DNA of 64,000 nt, from the NCBI GenBank assembly GCA_963698735.1, contig CAVOSA010000025.1, forward strand, positions 169-64,168, written 5' to 3'. Under the pieces are notes generated by a model. It searched no databases. It was not told the origin of the DNA and saw only the letters and a program-made list of their open reading frames with translations. Source of the DNA: an uncultured Gammaproteobacteria bacterium. GTDB lineage: Bacteria; Pseudomonadota; Gammaproteobacteria; Steroidobacterales; Steroidobacteraceae. How positions within the stretch are numbered: position 1 is the first letter of the stretch; each line of letters begins with the position of its first letter. Position numbers and translations under genes: made by a program. This document shows positions 60,549 through 64,000 of this stretch, in pieces.

Positions 60549-60571
60549 CCCGGCGGCACGAGGGCCTCCCG

Positions 60572-61393
60572 TTGACGATCAGTGGCCGAGCAGAAGCACG
60601 TTACCCGACCCGCATCGTCTGCCTGACCGAGGAGACGACGGAAACGCTGTACCTCCTCGGCGAGGAAGACCGCATCGTCGGCATCTCCGGCTTCACCGTG
60701 CGGCCGCCGCGGGCCCGCAAGGAGAAACCGAAGGTCTCCGCGTTCATCAGCGCGAAAATCGACAGGATCCTCGCGCTCGATCCCGACCTCGTGCTCGGAT
60801 TTTCGGACCTGCAGGCCGACATCGCCGCGGAACTCATCCGGCACGGCGTCGAGGTGCACGTGTTCAACCAGCGCAGCGTCGCAGAGATCCTGCGCGTGAT
60901 CCGCATGCTGGGCGGCATGATCGGGTGCGAGGCGAAGGCTTCGGCGCTGGCTGCTGGACTTGAACGCGGCCTGGACGCGATACGCGCCACGGCGGCCACG
61001 TTTTCGCGCCGGCCGCGCGTGTACTTCGAGGAGTGGGATGAGCCGCAGATCTCGGGCATCCGCTGGGTGTCGGAACTCGTCGGCATCGCCGGCGGCGACG
61101 ACATCTTCCCGGAACTCGCAGCCTGCGGCCTGGGCAAGGACCGCATCATCGCCGACCCGCTCGAGGCCGTGCGACGCTCGCCGGACATCATCTTCGGTTC
61201 GTGGTGCGGCAAGAAGTTCTCGGCACGCAACGTTGCCGCGCGTCCAGGCTGGCAGGCCGTGCCGGCCGTGCGTGATCGCGAACTGCACGAAGTGAAGTCG
61301 TCGATCATCCTGCAGCCGGGGCCGGCCGCGCTGACCGATGGTGTGCGCGAACTGCATCGCGTGATCGCGGCGTGGGCGGCGAAGCGCGGTTGA
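60572..61393 (+). CDS. BtuF/TroA-like (class 8) substrate-binding protein, cobalamin-binding-protein family, no recognisable signal peptide
   Basis: 273 aa with a TTG start and GAGGG upstream. ...RIVCLTEETTETLYLLGEEDRIVGIS...LDPDLVLGFSD...VYFEEWDEPQISGIRWVSELVGIAGG.... Confidence 0.7.
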   Translation: MTISGRAEARYPTRIVCLTEETTETLYLLGEEDRIVGISGFTVRPPRARKEKPKVSAFISAKIDRILALDPDLVLGFSDLQADIAAELIRHGVEVHVFNQRSVAEILRVIRMLGGMIGCEAKASALAAGLERGLDAIRATAATFSRRPRVYFEEWDEPQISGIRWVSELVGIAGGDDIFPELAACGLGKDRIIADPLEAVRRSPDIIFGSWCGKKFSARNVAARPGWQAVPAVRDRELHEVKSSIILQPGPAALTDGVRELHRVIAAWAAKRG

Positions 61394-61412
61394 TCGTCGC
61401 GTAAGAGATTTT

Positions 61413-61644
61413 CAGGGCTTCCGCCCTGCGCCTGCCCGGTCCTATTCCGCGCTCATGGTCTCGCGCGCTTCGAGCATCGCGCGGAGGACCGCACAATGCT
61501 CGGCGACCCTTGCTCGAGCGGGCGCGCGACGAGGGTGGCGCGGTATGGGCGGTGAGATCGAGTGCGCCGCGCGCCAGACGCTCGAGCTGCGGCGCTCGAC
61601 AAATCGCGCGAAAAAGGACCGGGCAGGCGCAGGGCGGAAGCCTG
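61413..61644. repeat. 31-bp inverted repeat pair enclosing 171 bp
   Basis: 61413-61443 CAGGGCTTCCGCCCTGCGCCTGCCCGGTCCT pairs with 61615-61644 AGGACCGGGCAGGCGCAGGGCGGAAGCCTG, its reverse complement with one base missing. Confidence 0.7.
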
Positions 61645-61763
61645 CGGCAATCTCGTGGCGTGGACTGCGCGGCAAGGGCGCAAGGCGCGACGGCCGCTGC
61701 AGTCGATTCTCAGTTCTTTCGCGACGCGCAACTGCAACGTCCCGCATCCTCCGCGACGGACCC

Positions 61764-61859
61764 GACCGGATGTCTTCCGGCGGGCCGTGCGCGGCATGGA
61801 CGCCGCGCCCGGAGCCCCCACGGATGGGTTTACGGCGTCCCGCCGGGAGACATCCGGTC
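61764..61859. repeat. nested palindromic element (copy 2 of the 23.1-kb family, opposite orientation)
   Basis: 21-bp stems lie at 61764-61784 and 61839-61859 (20/21 match). The core CCGGAGCCCCCACGGATGGGTTTACGGCGTC (61810-61840) is the reverse complement of the 23138-23168 core with one mismatch. Confidence 0.7.
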
Positions 61860-61916
61860 TGGGGCCGGCCGGTGGATGCCTGCGACGAGTTCCGTCAACG
61901 CAACGCAGCCGCGCGA

Positions 61917-62873
61917 CTACGCGGTAAGCCGCCGCAGCGCTTCCTCGTACTTCTCGCTGGTGTGCTGGATCACGTGCGCCGGCAGCTTCGGGCCGGGCGC
62001 CGTCTTGTTCCAATCGAGCGTCTCCAGGTAATCGCGCACGAACTGCTTGTCGAACGACGGCGGGCTCGTGCCCGGCACGTACGTGTCCATCGGCCAGAAG
62101 CGGGACGAGTCGGGCGTAAGCGCTTCGTCGATCAGCGTCAGGCGGCCGTCATTCTCTTCGTCGATGCCGAATTCGAACTTGGTGTCGGCAATGATGATGC
62201 CGCGCGTGAGCGCATGCGCCGCCGCGAACCTGTAGAGCGCGATCGCCGTGTCGCGCACCTGGGTCGCGCGATCCGCGCCGATCACCCGGGCGATTTCTTC
62301 GAAACCCACGTTCTCGTCGTGATGGCCTTTCGGCGCCTTGGTGGACGGCGTGAAGATCGGTTCGGGCAACTGGTCCGCCATCCGCAGGCCGGTGGGCAGC
62401 CTGATGCCGCAGATCTCGCCAGTGCGCTGGTAGTCTTTCCAGCCGGAGCCAATCAGGTAGCCGCGCACTACGGCTTCGACCGGCAACGCCCGCAGCTTGC
62501 GGACGACGATTGCGCGGTCGGCGAGGCGGGCACGATCGCCGGCGTCCGGTACCACTTGCGCAAGATCCGCACGCGCAGGCGCGGCGAGGTGATTCGGCAC
62601 GATGTGGCCCGTGCGCGCGAACCAGAAGTTGGAAATGCTCGTGAGTACGCGACCTTTGCCCGGAATCGGATCGGGCAGCACAACGTCGAACGCGCTCAGG
62701 CGGTCGGTGGTGACGATCAGCATGTGCCGGTCGTCGCCCGGGATAGCGTAGATGTCACGCACCTTGCCTTGGTGGATGCGCGTGAGGCCATGCAGGTTCG
62801 ACTCGTGCATCGGCGGGGAGCCGCCGGCTGCAGAGCTTGCGGAGGGATTCGAGCCAGGCGTGGGCATGGACAT
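61917..62873 (-). CDS. purC: phosphoribosylaminoimidazole-succinocarboxamide synthase
   Basis: 318 aa from an internal ATG of ORF 61917..63812. ...[31 protein letters not shown]...[13 protein letters not shown]...DSSRFWP.... The N-terminal ~20 aa are uncertain. Confidence 0.92.
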   Translation of the reverse strand: MSMPTPGSNPSASSAAGGSPPMHESNLHGLTRIHQGKVRDIYAIPGDDRHMLIVTTDRLSAFDVVLPDPIPGKGRVLTSISNFWFARTGHIVPNHLAAPARADLAQVVPDAGDRARLADRAIVVRKLRALPVEAVVRGYLIGSGWKDYQRTGEICGIRLPTGLRMADQLPEPIFTPSTKAPKGHHDENVGFEEIARVIGADRATQVRDTAIALYRFAAAHALTRGIIIADTKFEFGIDEENDGRLTLIDEALTPDSSRFWPMDTYVPGTSPPSFDKQFVRDYLETLDWNKTAPGPKLPAHVIQHTSEKYEEALRRLTA

Positions 62874-62984
62874 GGTGGAGCCGCCGCTGCTGTTAATATG
62901 TCTTGATCGTCGGCCGCAGGGACGCAACGTCCTGGCCGGCCACCCATTGTAACGACTCCCGGGAAGGGGCACGTCCCCGCGAAC

Positions 62985-63827
62985 ATGCTCGAAGGCTGGC
63001 ACGGCAAGATCCTCGGCGCGATCCTGGGCTACGTCATCGGCCGCGGGCTGCTGGGAGCCATCGTCGGATTCGTGCTGGGCCACCAGTTCGACGTCGCTGG
63101 CAGGCGCAACCGGGGTCGTTCTGCGTCCGGCAAAGGCACTGCCGACTCCGCCGAACTGCGCCGGGCGTTCTTCGAGGCCACGTTCCAGGTCATGGGCCAC
63201 GTCGCCAAGAGCGACGGCCGCGTCACCGAGCAGGAGATCGACGCCGCGCGCGAGGCCATGCGGCGCTTCGCGCTGGCCGAAGCCGATCGGCTGCGCGCCA
63301 TCGAGTGTTTTACGGCAGGCAAGCAGGCCGACTTTCCGCTCGAGCCGACGCTCGAACGCCTGCGCAGTCTCGCCGGTAGTCAGCCCGACCTGTGCCGCCT
63401 GTTCGTCCAGATTCAGCTCGAGGCCTCGATCAAGGGCAACGGCCTCGGCGACCGGCCGCGCGCCGTTTTCCAGCGCATCTGTCGCTCTCTCGGTATTTCC
63501 CAGCTCGAATTCGCGGCGCTCGAAGCCATGCTGCGCATGCACGCAGGTGATTACGGTTACGGTCCGGACGGCCGGCCGTCGCAGGGCCCGGGGTTCGGCA
63601 CGCGCACGAATGCGCGCCTGGCCGACGCTTTCGAGGTGCTGGGCGTCGCGACGAGTGCCACGGACGCCGAGGTCACCAAGGCGTTTCGACGGCTCATGAG
63701 CCAGAACCACCCGGACAAGCTGGTCGCGCAGGGCCTGCCCGAATCGATGATCGCCGCGGCGCACGAGCGCACGCAGCGGATCCTGGAAGCGTACGAACTG
63801 GTGAAGTCTCACCGCGGCATCAAGTGA
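62985..63827 (+). CDS. djlA: co-chaperone DjlA
   Basis: 280 aa with an N-terminal TM helix, a TerB-like domain and a C-terminal J domain (...[32 protein letters not shown]...). Confidence 0.9.
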   Translation: MLEGWHGKILGAILGYVIGRGLLGAIVGFVLGHQFDVAGRRNRGRSASGKGTADSAELRRAFFEATFQVMGHVAKSDGRVTEQEIDAAREAMRRFALAEADRLRAIECFTAGKQADFPLEPTLERLRSLAGSQPDLCRLFVQIQLEASIKGNGLGDRPRAVFQRICRSLGISQLEFAALEAMLRMHAGDYGYGPDGRPSQGPGFGTRTNARLADAFEVLGVATSATDAEVTKAFRRLMSQNHPDKLVAQGLPESMIAAAHERTQRILEAYELVKSHRGIK

Positions 63828-63835
63828 GGTTCGAT

Positions 63836-64000
63836 ATGACGACGAAGCAACAGAACCCGTGGATCGCGCCGTCGATCCTGTCCGCCGACTTCGCGCGGCT
63901 CGGCGAGGAGGTGCGCAACGTGCTCGCGGCGGGCGCGGACGTCGTCCACTTCGACGTGATGGACAACCATTACGTGCCGAATCTCACGATCGGGCCGCTG
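63836..64000 (+). CDS. rpe: ribulose-phosphate 3-epimerase (N-terminal part; 3' end outside window)
   Basis: [54 protein letters not shown], read directly from the sequence. Confidence 0.9.
   Translation, partial: MTTKQQNPWIAPSILSADFARLGEEVRNVLAAGADVVHFDVMDNHYVPNLTIGPL

Noticed and set aside
60400-60571. Cobalamin riboswitch upstream of the BtuF-like gene, prompted by a CCGCCACTGG-like string on the minus strand near 60445.
   Set aside because: The string is on the wrong strand for the BtuF-like gene and lies within the probable yihY N-terminal coding region. I could not find the other conserved B12-element segments. A covariance-model scan would be needed to revisit this.
61455-62906. 483-aa plus-strand ORF across the repeat region and antisense to purC, and the 631-aa extended form of the purC ORF (61917..63812) overlapping djlA.
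   Set aside because: The conserved PurC sequence begins only at about 62873. The upstream extension is antisense to the well-supported djlA. The plus-strand ORF has no recognisable domain.

Overview
High-G+C bacterial chromosomal core segment with gammaproteobacterium-like synteny (taxonomy is inference only). 1-19.9 kb holds the end of rpoC, then the str (rpsL-rpsG-fusA-tuf), S10, spc and alpha ribosomal-protein operons through rplQ. 20-64 kb holds housekeeping genes: mscL, pepQ, uvrA, an MFS transporter, ssb, miaB-phoH-ybeY-corC-lnt, an MBL hydrolase, nfeD-SPFH, leuS-lptE, pip, holA-nadD-rsfS-rlmH, an OsmC-like gene, maf-rng-yhdP-nitrilase-tldD, an ExeA-like AAA+/FHA fusion, purEK, yjgA/pmbA, DUF1993, yihY, a BtuF-like binding protein, purC, djlA and rpe. 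I recognised no rRNA, tRNA, CRISPR, transposase or integrase. Main oddities: (i) at least 13 single-base reading-frame breaks in otherwise well-conserved essential genes. 11-12 of them shift in the +1 direction and sit within 6.2-17.0 kb. They create artefactual fused ORFs in the supplied track (S3-L16, SecY-L36, S13-S11, SSB-MiaB-PhoH). (ii) A ~1.4 kb visibly lower-G+C islet lies between pmbA and the DUF1993 gene. It is bracketed by inverted copies of a large palindromic element and carries a decayed BrnT/BrnA-type toxin-antitoxin pair, of which the toxin and most of the antitoxin are absent from the ORF track. (iii) Several families of nested-palindrome or MITE-like repeats sit at convergent gene ends. 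(iv) A 315-bp promoter-bearing spacer separates rpsJ from rplC. (v) L17 and RsfS carry low-complexity extensions, and an orphan ExeA-type ATPase is fused to an FHA domain. I found no convincing multi-gene novel system. The AAA+-FHA gene and the TA islet are the best follow-up candidates.
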